A DNA stretch of 39,736 bases from Nocardioidaceae bacterium (lineage in GTDB: Bacteria; Actinomycetota; Actinomycetes; Propionibacteriales; Nocardioidaceae), in contig DASQMN010000020.1 of assembly GCA_035645475.1 (NCBI GenBank), positions 1-39,736 of the forward strand, read 5' to 3'. The notes beneath the pieces were generated by a model. That model saw nothing but the letters and a program-made list of their open reading frames with translations, had not been told where the DNA came from and did no database searches. Both the position numbers and the translations under genes were made by a program. Numbering within the stretch: position 1 is the first letter of the stretch; every line of letters starts with the position of its first letter. Below, piece after piece: positions 29,543 to 38,254 of this stretch.

Positions 29543-30523
29543 CTAGCGCAGCAGCCGGCGCAGCAGGTCCTCGTCCACGTTCCCCCCGGAGACCACCGAG
29601 ACGACGGGCGCGGAGCCGTACGCCGACGGGTCGCGCAGCCAGCGGGCCGTCGCCACGGCGCCGCTGGGCTCGGCGACGAGCCGGCCGGTGGTGGCCAGGA
29701 ACCGCACGGCGCCGACGATCTCGTCCTCGGTCACCGTGACGACGTCGTCGACCAGGGTCCGGATGTGCGCCCAGTTGAGAGCGCCGACCGTCGAGCTGTG
29801 CAGCCCGCCGGCCATCGTGCGCGTCGTCAGCTCCGGTGACCAGACAGCGTGCTCGCCTCGGGCGAACCCGTCGGCGAGGTCACCGGCCAGCTCCGGCTCG
29901 ACCGCGACCACCCGTACCGATGGAGCCAGCGCCTTCACGGCGACGGCGACACCGCTCACCAACCCGCCGCCTCCCGACGGCACCAGCACGGTGCCGACAT
30001 CAGGGAGGTCGGCGACGATCTCGCGGCCGACCGTTCCCTGGCCGGCGATGATCCGCGCGTCGTCGTACGGGGGGATCACCTCTGCGCCGCTGGCAGCCGC
30101 GAGCTCCTCGACCCGCGCGATGCGGTCGGCCTCCTCGACCAGGTCCACGTGCGCGCCGTAGCGCCGCGTCGATGCCACCTTGACCGCTGCGGCGCCGTGC
30201 GGCATCACCACCGTGCAGGCGACCCCGGCGAGCGAGGCCGCGTACGCCAGCGCCTGACCGTGGTTGCCGGACGAGTGCGTCAGCACTCCCCGCTTCCGTT
30301 GCTCCTCGCTGAGCTGCAGCACGGCGTTGGTGGCGCCCCGCAGCTTGAACGCTCCGGTCGGCTGCAGCGACTCCGGCTTCAGCCACAGCCCGTTCTGCAC
30401 CGTGAGCAGCGGGGTGCGGAGGACCCGTCCCACGATGCGTTCCGCGGCCGCATCCACGTCGGCCAGTGTCACGAGTGCGGGCTGTGGTGGGCTGCTCACT
30501 GTTGTGCTCGTCAGGTCGTGCAT
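29543..30523 (-). CDS. PLP-dependent threonine/serine dehydratase family enzyme (serine-racemase-like fold type II)
   Basis: 326 aa. PLP-lysine motif PTGAFKLRGA, HSSGNHGQALAYAA, glycine loop PSGGGGLVSG. No C-terminal ACT-like regulatory domain, so it is of the catabolic or short type. Confidence 0.8.
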   Translation of the reverse strand: MHDLTSTTVSSPPQPALVTLADVDAAAERIVGRVLRTPLLTVQNGLWLKPESLQPTGAFKLRGATNAVLQLSEEQRKRGVLTHSSGNHGQALAYAASLAGVACTVVMPHGAAAVKVASTRRYGAHVDLVEEADRIARVEELAAASGAEVIPPYDDARIIAGQGTVGREIVADLPDVGTVLVPSGGGGLVSGVAVAVKALAPSVRVVAVEPELAGDLADGFARGEHAVWSPELTTRTMAGGLHSSTVGALNWAHIRTLVDDVVTVTEDEIVGAVRFLATTGRLVAEPSGAVATARWLRDPSAYGSAPVVSVVSGGNVDEDLLRRLLR

Positions 30524-30614
30524 GGGAGCCAGCCTGTCACCCGCCCATGGTGTTAACCAGAACGTGACCGACCCGCCATCTGCCGGACTTGACCAATCGA
30601 CCTAGGCTGACCGC

Positions 30615-30932
30615 GTGGGCAAGGTGTTGCTGGTGCTGGTGGCGGTAGGGCTCACCATCTACGCCGTGCTCGACGTGGCCACCACCGCCCGCAAGGACGT
30701 GCCCGCGATGCCGAAGTGGCTGTGGCTGCTTGCGGTGCTGGTGCCGGTCGTCGGTCCGCTGACCTGGCTGGTGCTGAGCCGGCGGGCGCGACGCCCGCGG
30801 CCGGTGCCTCGCATCACCGGGCCCGACGACGATCCCGACTTCCTGCGTGGCCTGCGGCCGCCCAGGCCCGGCCCCTCCGATGACTCGGTGCAGCGCTGGG
30901 AGGACGAGCTGCGAGGAGACGCCGACCGCTGA
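30615..30932 (+). CDS. PLDc_N-domain small membrane protein
   Basis: 105 aa with GTG start. Two TM helices (…IYAVLDV… and KWLWLLAVLVPVVGPLTWLV), followed by a basic/Pro-rich tail with GPDDDPDFLRGL. Confidence 0.65.
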   Translation: MGKVLLVLVAVGLTIYAVLDVATTARKDVPAMPKWLWLLAVLVPVVGPLTWLVLSRRARRPRPVPRITGPDDDPDFLRGLRPPRPGPSDDSVQRWEDELRGDADR

Positions 30933-31077
30933 GGTCTGGTTCCCCGCTGGTCTCCACCTAGCAGGCGGTGGCGATGCTCGCGCATCGGTTGCGGCCCGAG
31001 CGACACCGACGCAGCCCCACCGGTCTGGGCCGCGTGCGACCCGCGGTGCGGCCGTCGAGAGGCATCGGCCCGAGGGC

Positions 31078-32022
31078 TCAGACCCCCGCGTAGGAGTGCA
31101 GGCCGTCGGCGAACAGGTTGATGCCGATGAAGTTGAAGACGAAGGTCGCGAACCCGACCAGCGCCAGGATGGCCGCGCCCCGGCCGCGCCACCCGGCGGT
31201 CGCGCGGGCGTGCAGGTAGGCGGCATAGACCACCCAGGTGATGAAGGCCCACACCTCCTTGGGGTCCCAGCCCCAGTAGCGGCCCCAGGCGTACTGCGCC
31301 CAGATCGGTCCGGCGATGAGCGCGGCGAAGGTCCAGATCGGGAACGCGAAGGCGTGCACCCGGTGCGCGACCCGGTCCATCGCCGCGGATGCCGGCAGCC
31401 GCCACAGGTAGCCGGTGCGCTGATCGGGAGCGGTGCGCCGCTCGGCGCGCTCCTTGACCAAGAACAGCGCCGATGCTCCGGCGCCCACCAGGAAGGCGCC
31501 GCCGGCGATGGCGGCCGCGGACACGTGCAGCACGAGCCAGTACGAGCGCAGCGCCGGCACCAGCGGTCCCGCCGGCACGTAGACGGTGAAGGCGAGCCCG
31601 AGCACGACCACCGCGAAGCCGGTGACCCAGATCCCCAGCCACTGCACCTGGGCCACCTGGACGAGCACCAGGTAGACGAGCAGGCCGAGCAGCAGCCCGG
31701 TGGTGGCGAACTCGTACATGTTGCCCCAGGGCACCCGCTGGGCGGCCAGCCCGCGGGTCAGCACGCCGAGCAGCAGCACGGCGGTACCGAGCACCGTCAG
31801 GGTGAGGCCGACCCGGGCGGCGGCGTCGCTGCGGTCGCCGCCCGACGCAGCGCCCGCAGGTGCCACCGGAGCGCCGGCGCCGACGAGCACCCGCTCACCT
31901 CGCGGCGCGCCGACCTTGGTGAACGCCCACTCGGCGACGAAAGCCAGCCAGGCGAGGCCGAGGATGACGGTCGCGCTCGCCATGGCGAGGTTCGACCAGC
32001 TGGCGTACTGCTCGAGATCCAT
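31078..32022 (-). CDS. ccsB: cytochrome c biogenesis protein CcsB/ResC (System II haem handling)
   Basis: 314-aa polytopic protein with the Trp-rich WWD-type motif WGRYWGWDPKEVWAFITW. Starts 2 nt after the resB stop. Confidence 0.92.
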   Translation of the reverse strand: MDLEQYASWSNLAMASATVILGLAWLAFVAEWAFTKVGAPRGERVLVGAGAPVAPAGAASGGDRSDAAARVGLTLTVLGTAVLLLGVLTRGLAAQRVPWGNMYEFATTGLLLGLLVYLVLVQVAQVQWLGIWVTGFAVVVLGLAFTVYVPAGPLVPALRSYWLVLHVSAAAIAGGAFLVGAGASALFLVKERAERRTAPDQRTGYLWRLPASAAMDRVAHRVHAFAFPIWTFAALIAGPIWAQYAWGRYWGWDPKEVWAFITWVVYAAYLHARATAGWRGRGAAILALVGFATFVFNFIGINLFADGLHSYAGV

Positions 32023-32024
32023 GC

Positions 32025-33644
32025 TCAGTCCTTGCCCGTCGTCACTGGCTCGCGCTCGACCGCGCTGGCTCCCGGTCCGGCGCCCGTACGAGCCGGGGCG
32101 CCGCGCAGATCGGCGACCAGCTCACCGAGGTCCGGCCCGAGGTCGTCTCCTCCGGTCCGGTCCAGTCCGGCCACCTCGACCACCGTACGCCCGCCGGTAC
32201 GGCTGGCCCGCACCCATGCCCGCCGGGGCCGCACGTACAGCGACACGACGAGTCCGCTGAGCGCCACGACGAGCGCCGCGAGCGGCACGACCTTGCCCGG
32301 GGACTGGCTGACCTGGAACCGCGCGAAGCGGCGGATGCCGTCGAAGGTGATGGAGCCTCGGCCGTCGGGCAGCGCCAGCGTCTCACCGAGCGACAGCTGC
32401 AGGCGCAGCTGCTTGCCGTCGCGGCCCTTCAGCGGTGTCATCTCGTCGGTGTCCAGCGTGTAGACCGACTGGGCAACGCCGTCGTCGAGGCCGAGGTCCC
32501 CCGAGTACGCGAAGAGGTTGAGCACCGGGTTGGCCGCGTCGGGGAACGCCGACAGCGTCACTCCGTCGGGGCCGTCCACCGCCGTCGGCAGCAGAACACC
32601 CTCGAACCCGAGGCCTCGCGGTTCCGCGTCGGGTGCCTTGACCACACCTTCGGAGGTGTAGGAGGAGTCGACCGGCAGGAACGGCACCGGGCCGTCGGTG
32701 ACGACGTTGCCCTCGGCGTCGCGCACCGTGACGACCGGTGAGTAGCCGGTGCCGAGCAGGTACACCTCCGTTCCGTCGAGCTGCAGCGGGGAGTTGACCT
32801 CGATGTCGAACGGCTGCGCAGAGGCGCCGGGCTCGGGGGTGTAGGTGCCGACGGCGCGGAACAGCCGCGGCGCACCGGCCTGCGGGCCCGAGGTCTCGAA
32901 CTCGGCGTCGAACTGTTCGAGGCTGACCGTGAAGGGCTCCAGGTCGTCCTCGGTGAAGAGCACGCCGGAGGCGAACTGGTCGTACTGCGTCAACGTGTTG
33001 GAGAAGGCTCTGCCCTCGCTGACGATGACGCTGCCCCGGTAGCCGACCAGTCCACCGACGGCGACGCCGACGAGCACCACGACCAGGCCGATGTGGAAGA
33101 GCAGGTTGCCGGCCTCGCGCGAGTACCCCCGCTGCGCTGCCACCGAGCCGGCCTCCACCAGATCAGGGTCACCGAGCCCCTCCGCCCGTACGTCGGTGCG
33201 GAATCGCCGGGCTCGCAACACCGACTGCGCCCGGTCGAGCACGACGTCGACCGGCTCGTCGGTCTGGTAGGTCTGCGAGTGCGGCAGGCGCGACAGGTGA
33301 CGCGGTGTCGCCGGCGGGCGAGCGCGCAGCGCCCGGAGGTAGTGCCCGGTGCGCGGAATGATGCACCCGACAAGCGACACCATGAGCAGTAGGTAGATCG
33401 CGGCGAACCACACCGAGCTGTAGACCGAGAACAGCCCCAGCCGGTCCAGCCAGGGGGCGAGGTCGGGGTACTTGCGCGCGTAGGCCTGGACGGCCACGGG
33501 GTCGACGCCGGTCTGCGGGATGATCGAGCCGGGCACGGCGGCCAGTGCCAGCAGCAGGAGCAGCAGCAGGGCGGTGCGCATCGAGGTGAGGGTGCGCCAG
33601 GCCCACCGCCCGGTCTCGCGCGCAGTCAGCGCCGGGGCGGACAC
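32025..33644 (-). CDS. resB: cytochrome c biogenesis protein ResB/Ccs1
   Basis: 539 aa. N-terminal TM (RTALLLLLLLALAAVPGSIIPQ), a large extracytoplasmic domain and a C-terminal TM. GTG start directly abuts the ccdA stop. Confidence 0.9.
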   Translation of the reverse strand: MSAPALTARETGRWAWRTLTSMRTALLLLLLLALAAVPGSIIPQTGVDPVAVQAYARKYPDLAPWLDRLGLFSVYSSVWFAAIYLLLMVSLVGCIIPRTGHYLRALRARPPATPRHLSRLPHSQTYQTDEPVDVVLDRAQSVLRARRFRTDVRAEGLGDPDLVEAGSVAAQRGYSREAGNLLFHIGLVVVLVGVAVGGLVGYRGSVIVSEGRAFSNTLTQYDQFASGVLFTEDDLEPFTVSLEQFDAEFETSGPQAGAPRLFRAVGTYTPEPGASAQPFDIEVNSPLQLDGTEVYLLGTGYSPVVTVRDAEGNVVTDGPVPFLPVDSSYTSEGVVKAPDAEPRGLGFEGVLLPTAVDGPDGVTLSAFPDAANPVLNLFAYSGDLGLDDGVAQSVYTLDTDEMTPLKGRDGKQLRLQLSLGETLALPDGRGSITFDGIRRFARFQVSQSPGKVVPLAALVVALSGLVVSLYVRPRRAWVRASRTGGRTVVEVAGLDRTGGDDLGPDLGELVADLRGAPARTGAGPGASAVEREPVTTGKD

Positions 33645-34412
33645 TCAGATCACCAGCTCGTAGCCGGCGGCCCACTGCTGCAGCGCGACCACCCAGACGT
33701 CCCACCAGCCGGTCAGCAGCGCGACGCCCACGAGCACGAGCATCCCGCCGCCCAGTGCCGACACCCATGCCTGGTGTCGCCGCAGCCAGGAGGTCGCCTC
33801 CAGGAAGCGGCGCAACGCCAGGGCCGCGACGATGAACGGCAGCCCCAGCCCGAGGCAGTAGACCGCCGTCAGCAGCGCGCCCCGCGCCGCTGAGGCATCG
33901 GAGGCGGAGTACGACAGGGTCAGCACGGCCGCGAGGGTGGGGCCGATGCAGGGGGTCCAGCCGATGCCGAAGAAGACCCCGAGCAACGGCGCGGCCACCA
34001 GACCGACAGCCGGCACCCGGTGCACCCGTACGTCGCGCTGGAGGAACGGCAGCAGCCCGCTGAATACGAGCCCCATGACGATGACCAGGACACCGAGCAC
34101 GATGGTCAACGGGCGGTAGTACTCCTGCAGCCAGAACCCGGCGGCGCCGAACAGGGTGCCGTACGACACGAAGACCGCGGTGAAACCGAGCACGAAGAGG
34201 AGCGCGCCGGTGAGCAGCCGGCCGCGGTGCCGCGTGCCCGCGTCGCTCGCGGCGAGCTCGGCTGCGGACAGTCCGGACACGTACGACAGGTAGCCGGGCA
34301 GGAGCGGCACGACGCACGGGCTGAAGAACGAGAGCAGGCCTGCCAACGCGGCGACCGGCACGGCCAGCAGCAGCGAGCCGGCGAAGGCGGTGTCGCCGAA
34401 CCACTCACCCAT
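33645..34412 (-). CDS. ccdA: cytochrome c biogenesis thiol-disulfide transporter CcdA (DsbD-like)
   Basis: 255-aa six-TM protein with the two conserved Cys motifs FFSPCVVPLLPGY and GWTPCIGPTL. Confidence 0.92.
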   Translation of the reverse strand: MGEWFGDTAFAGSLLLAVPVAALAGLLSFFSPCVVPLLPGYLSYVSGLSAAELAASDAGTRHRGRLLTGALLFVLGFTAVFVSYGTLFGAAGFWLQEYYRPLTIVLGVLVIVMGLVFSGLLPFLQRDVRVHRVPAVGLVAAPLLGVFFGIGWTPCIGPTLAAVLTLSYSASDASAARGALLTAVYCLGLGLPFIVAALALRRFLEATSWLRRHQAWVSALGGGMLVLVGVALLTGWWDVWVVALQQWAAGYELVI

Positions 34413-35022
34413 CCGAGCCGTCGCTGCTGACGTCGCCGGCGCGTACGTCGGCCACGACGTCGATCAGGGTGGAGGCGTCGACCTCGTCCACGATGCGGGC
34501 ACCGATCCGGCCCTCGTCGTCCAGCACCCAGGTGGTGGGGATGGCCGCGGAGGGGACGTCACGGAAGGCCAGTGCACTGCGAGCGCCCGGGTCGTCCAGG
34601 CTCGGCCAGGTCACGTCGCGGCTGCGCTGGAAGGCGCGGGCTGCACTCGGCGTGTCCCTGACGTTGATCCCGACGAAGAGCACGTCCTCCCCGGCCAGCT
34701 CGGCCTCGGCAGCCACCAGGTCGTCGGTCTCGGCGCGGCAAGGCGGGCACCAGGATCCCCACACGTTCACGACGGTCTCGGCTGCGTCCTGACGCGCCTC
34801 GGTCAGGTCGAACGTCTCGCCATCGACGGTGGTGCCGCCCACGCCGGTCACCGGCTCACCCCGGTCGGCCTCGGCGATCACCAGCACCGAGCGTTCGGCG
34901 GTCACGTAGCCGTCGGCACCGGTGCTGTCGACCCGTGAGCATCCTGCGACAGCCGGCACCAGCAACCCTGCGACCGCGGCGAGCGCGAGCGGGCTACGAC
35001 GGCGACGGGCTGGAGCGGTCAT
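34405..35022 (-). CDS. TlpA/ResA-like thioredoxin-fold thiol-disulfide oxidoreductase, predicted lipoprotein
   Basis: ATG 35022 overlaps the upstream stop (ATGA). Signal peptide with lipobox AVAGC. Active site WGSWCPPCRAE. The track ORF extends spuriously to 35145. Confidence 0.88.
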   Translation of the reverse strand: MTAPARRRRSPLALAAVAGLLVPAVAGCSRVDSTGADGYVTAERSVLVIAEADRGEPVTGVGGTTVDGETFDLTEARQDAAETVVNVWGSWCPPCRAETDDLVAAEAELAGEDVLFVGINVRDTPSAARAFQRSRDVTWPSLDDPGARSALAFRDVPSAAIPTTWVLDDEGRIGARIVDEVDASTLIDVVADVRAGDVSSDGSDG

Positions 35023-35834
35023 GCGCCGGCGGCGAACTTCTTGTCGGCGCGGACGGGCAGCAGGTCCGCGACCGGCTCGGCGTAGGACAGGCCGATGATC
35101 GCGTCGCCGGCGTAGGTGACCGAGGTGACGCTGGCCAGGTTGCACTCACGCCGGCGCGGGTCGTGCGCGAAGCGCCGCTTCTCCACGTGCGAGCGCGCGA
35201 TCCACACCGGCAGCTGGTGGGAGACGATCACGGCCTCGTGGCCACGCGCGGCGTCGCGTGCGTCGGCCATCGCCGCGAGCATGCGGGCCGCGATCTCCCG
35301 GTACGGCTCGCCCCACGACGGGCGGAACGGGTTGCGCAGGTGCCACCAGACCCGGGGGTGACGGAATGCTCCGTCGCCGACTCCGAACTTCTGCCCCTCG
35401 AGCTTGTTGCCCGCTTCGATGACACGCTCGTCGACCCGCCAGCTGAGCTCCTTGGCCTCTGCCAGCGGAGCAGCGGTGTCGTGCGTCCGCTCGAGCGGGG
35501 AGACGACCAGATGGGTGACGTCGGCCTCGGCGAAGTGCTGGGCGAGGCGCCGGGCCATCTCCCGACCCCGCTCCGACAGCCGGAAGCCAGGCAGCCGGCC
35601 GTACAGCACGCCCTCGGGGTTGTGTACCTCGCCATGGCGGACGAGGTGCACCACGGTGCGCTCGGCGGACATGTCGGGCCGGGCGTCGGTCTGGGCCTCG
35701 TCGACGGCTCCGCCCACGAGCGGCTTGCCATGGACGAGCAGCGAGTCCTGGGCGGCCTGCTCGGCCTCCTGATCGCTCTGCGGCTCGGCCGGGTCGGGCT
35801 TGACCGACGACTCGGGTACTGACGGGGACGTCAT
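35019..35834 (-). CDS. histidine phosphatase (phosphoglycerate-mutase-like) family protein
   Basis: ATG 35834 overlaps the hemL stop (ATGA). RHG motif LVRHGEVHN, and a second catalytic His region VIVSHQLPV. The first 55 aa or so are acidic and low-complexity; an alternative start is MSAERT. Confidence 0.8.
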   Translation of the reverse strand: MTSPSVPESSVKPDPAEPQSDQEAEQAAQDSLLVHGKPLVGGAVDEAQTDARPDMSAERTVVHLVRHGEVHNPEGVLYGRLPGFRLSERGREMARRLAQHFAEADVTHLVVSPLERTHDTAAPLAEAKELSWRVDERVIEAGNKLEGQKFGVGDGAFRHPRVWWHLRNPFRPSWGEPYREIAARMLAAMADARDAARGHEAVIVSHQLPVWIARSHVEKRRFAHDPRRRECNLASVTSVTYAGDAIIGLSYAEPVADLLPVRADKKFAAGA

Positions 35835-37207
35835 GTCGAGCGCTCCTCGGGCAGGGGGAGGTTGGGTCCGTCGGGGACAGCCTGTGCGGCCGCCCGGGCA
35901 GCGGCCGGTAGAGCCTCGCTGATGCGGTCCAGGGCGGCGTCGTCGTGCACCGAGGAGACGAACCACGCCTCGAAGGCGCTGGGCGGCAAGGACACGCCGG
36001 CCGCCAGCATGGCGTGGAAGAAGGCACGGAACCGGTGCAGCTCCTGGCGCTGCGCCGTCGCGAAGTCGCGGACCTCGCAAGCGTCGGCGTCGTCGACGAA
36101 GAACACGCTGAAGAGGTTGCCCGCCGACTGCGCCAGGTGGGGCACGCCGGCCTCGCTCAGCGCGGTCGAGGCCATCTTCTCGACCTGAGCCGCCGCAGCG
36201 TCGACCCGCGCATACGCGGGCTCGTCAGCGAGCACCAAGGTGGCCAGCCCGGCCGTGGTCGCCACCGGATTACCCGAGAGGGTGCCCGCCTGGTAGACGG
36301 GTCCGACCGGCGACAGCATGGCCATCACGTCGGCGCGGCCGCCGAAGGCGGCCGCGGGCAGGCCGCCGCCCATCACCTTGCCGAACGTGGCGAGGTCCGG
36401 CGACCAACCCTCTACCGCGCCGTCGAGGCCCCAGTGCCCTGAGCGCGAGACGCGGAAGCCCGTCATCACCTCGTCGCTGATGAGCAAGGCACCGTGCTCG
36501 GCGCAGGTGCGCGCCAAGAAGGCGTTGAACCCCGGCCGGGGTGGCACCACCCCCATGTTGGCCGGCGCTGCTTCAGTGACCAGGCAGGCGATGCGGTCCC
36601 CGTGCTCGGCGAACGCAGCGCTCACCGCCGCCTCGTCGTTGTAGGGCAGCACCAGCGTGGCCGCGGTGGCGGCGGCCGGGACTCCGGGAGTGCCGGGAAC
36701 GGCGAAGGTCACCAGGCCGGACCCGGCCGCGGCGAGCAGGGAGTCGACGTGACCGTGGTAGCAGCCGGCGAACTTGACGACGAGGTCCCGCCCGGTGAAG
36801 CCGCGCGCCAGCCGCACCGCCGACATGGTCGCCTCGGTGCCCGAGGAGACCAGGCGCACCTGCTCGACGCTGGTGCGTCGCACGATCTCCTCGGCCAGCG
36901 CCACCTCCGGCTCGCTGGGCGCCCCGAACGACGTCCCCCTGGCCACCGCAGCCTGCACCGCGTCCACCACTGCCGGGTGCGCGTGCCCGTGCAGCAGCGG
37001 GCCCCACGAGCACACGAGGTCGACGTACTCGCGACCGTCGGCGTCGACGACGTACGGCCCGTGACCGGAGACGAAGAAGCGCGGGGTGCCACCGACGGCG
37101 TGGAAGGCGCGCACGGGTGAGTTCACACCACCAGGTACGACGGCGAGCGCCCGCTCGAACAGGGCCTCGCTCGCCGGCGCCGCACCGGACGTCGCGGTTG
37201 TCGTCAC
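35831..37207 (-). CDS. hemL: glutamate-1-semialdehyde 2,1-aminomutase
   Basis: 458 aa with GTG start and a [34 protein letters not shown]-terminus, PLP-lysine region [11 protein letters not shown], and AGTLSGNP. Confidence 0.95.
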   Translation of the reverse strand: MTTTATSGAAPASEALFERALAVVPGGVNSPVRAFHAVGGTPRFFVSGHGPYVVDADGREYVDLVCSWGPLLHGHAHPAVVDAVQAAVARGTSFGAPSEPEVALAEEIVRRTSVEQVRLVSSGTEATMSAVRLARGFTGRDLVVKFAGCYHGHVDSLLAAAGSGLVTFAVPGTPGVPAAATAATLVLPYNDEAAVSAAFAEHGDRIACLVTEAAPANMGVVPPRPGFNAFLARTCAEHGALLISDEVMTGFRVSRSGHWGLDGAVEGWSPDLATFGKVMGGGLPAAAFGGRADVMAMLSPVGPVYQAGTLSGNPVATTAGLATLVLADEPAYARVDAAAAQVEKMASTALSEAGVPHLAQSAGNLFSVFFVDDADACEVRDFATAQRQELHRFRAFFHAMLAAGVSLPPSAFEAWFVSSVHDDAALDRISEALPAAARAAAQAVPDGPNLPLPEERST

Positions 37208-37276
37208 GTCTCTATTGTCCTCTCGCTGCCGAGGTGGCGCTCGGGGCAGACGGCCGATGTGTCCGCACTCATATCC

Positions 37277-38251
37277 CTAGTCCAGGGCGGCCGCGACCTC
37301 GGCCGCCCAGTAGGTCAGCACCACGTCCGCACCGGCGCGTCGGATGCCGGTGAGCACCTCGACGATGGCGCGCTCGCGGTCGATCCAGCCGTTCGCCGCT
37401 GCAGCCTCGACCATGGCGTACTCCCCTGACACGCTGTAGGCGGCGACCGGCACGTCGACCGCCTCCCGTATGTCGCGGACCAGGTCGAGGTACCCCAGAG
37501 CCGGCTTGACCATGACCAGGTCGGCGCCCTCGTCCACGTCGAGCCGGGCTTCGCGTACGGCCTCGCGCCGGTTGGCCGGATCCTGCTGGTACGTGCGCCG
37601 GTCGCCGACCAGAGCGGAGTTGACCGCCTCGCGGAACGGACCGTAGAAGGCCGATGCGTACTTCGCGGCGTACGCCAGCACCGCGACGTCGAGATGCCCG
37701 GCAGCGTCCAGCGCAGCCCGCACGGCGCCGACCTGGCCGTCCATCATGCCGCTGGTTCCGAGCATGGCCGCGCCGGCCTCGGCCTGGGCGAGTGCCATGG
37801 CCGCGTAGACCTCCAGCGTCGCGTCGTTGTCGACCCGGCCCTGCTCGTCCAGGACCCCGCAGTGACCGTGATCGGTGAACTCGTCGAGGCACAGGTCGCT
37901 CATCACGATCAGGGCGTCGCCGACCTCGGTCGCCACGTCGGCGAGAGCGACGTTCAGCACGCCGTGCGGGTCGAGCCCGCCACTGCCGGTGGCGTCCTTC
38001 TCCAGCGGGACACCGAACAGCATGACCCCGCCGAGACCGAGCTGGGCGGCGGAGGCAACCGCCTTGCGAAGGGAGTCACGGCTGTGCTGGACGACTCCGG
38101 GCATGCTAGCGATGGCCACCGGATCGGTTGCCCCTTCGCGGACGAAAAGCGGCAGCACCAGCTGGCGAGCCGAGAGGTCGGTCTCGGCCACCAGCCGGCG
38201 CACCGCCGGTGTCGCACGCAGTCGCCGCGGCCGGTCGACGGGGAACGCCAT
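37277..38251 (-). CDS. hemB: porphobilinogen synthase (delta-aminolevulinate dehydratase)
   Basis: 324 aa. N-terminus RPRRLR. Metal-site region [14 protein letters not shown]. Schiff-base lysine region [11 protein letters not shown]. Confidence 0.95.
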   Translation of the reverse strand: MAFPVDRPRRLRATPAVRRLVAETDLSARQLVLPLFVREGATDPVAIASMPGVVQHSRDSLRKAVASAAQLGLGGVMLFGVPLEKDATGSGGLDPHGVLNVALADVATEVGDALIVMSDLCLDEFTDHGHCGVLDEQGRVDNDATLEVYAAMALAQAEAGAAMLGTSGMMDGQVGAVRAALDAAGHLDVAVLAYAAKYASAFYGPFREAVNSALVGDRRTYQQDPANRREAVREARLDVDEGADLVMVKPALGYLDLVRDIREAVDVPVAAYSVSGEYAMVEAAAANGWIDRERAIVEVLTGIRRAGADVVLTYWAAEVAAALD

Positions 38252-38254
38252 CGC

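Noticed and set aside
30589-30608. TTGACC ... TAGGCT read as a classical -35/-10 pair upstream of the PLDc_N gene.
   Set aside because: The spacer is only 8 nt, not 16-19. Only the -10-like hexamer is retained, in the leaderless-mRNA hypothesis.
30933-31077. The 145-nt convergent spacer between the PLDc_N gene and ccsB, and other gaps over 60 nt (17098-17161, 26047-26156, 37208-37276), screened for tRNA, sRNA, riboswitch or terminator structure.
   Set aside because: I found only short GC-rich stems of 5-6 bp (for example GGCCGC…GCGGCC, CCGAG…CTCGG). There is no cloverleaf-compatible arrangement, no U-tracts and no recognisable riboswitch core. A covariance-model scan (Rfam/Infernal, tRNAscan-SE) would be needed to be sure.
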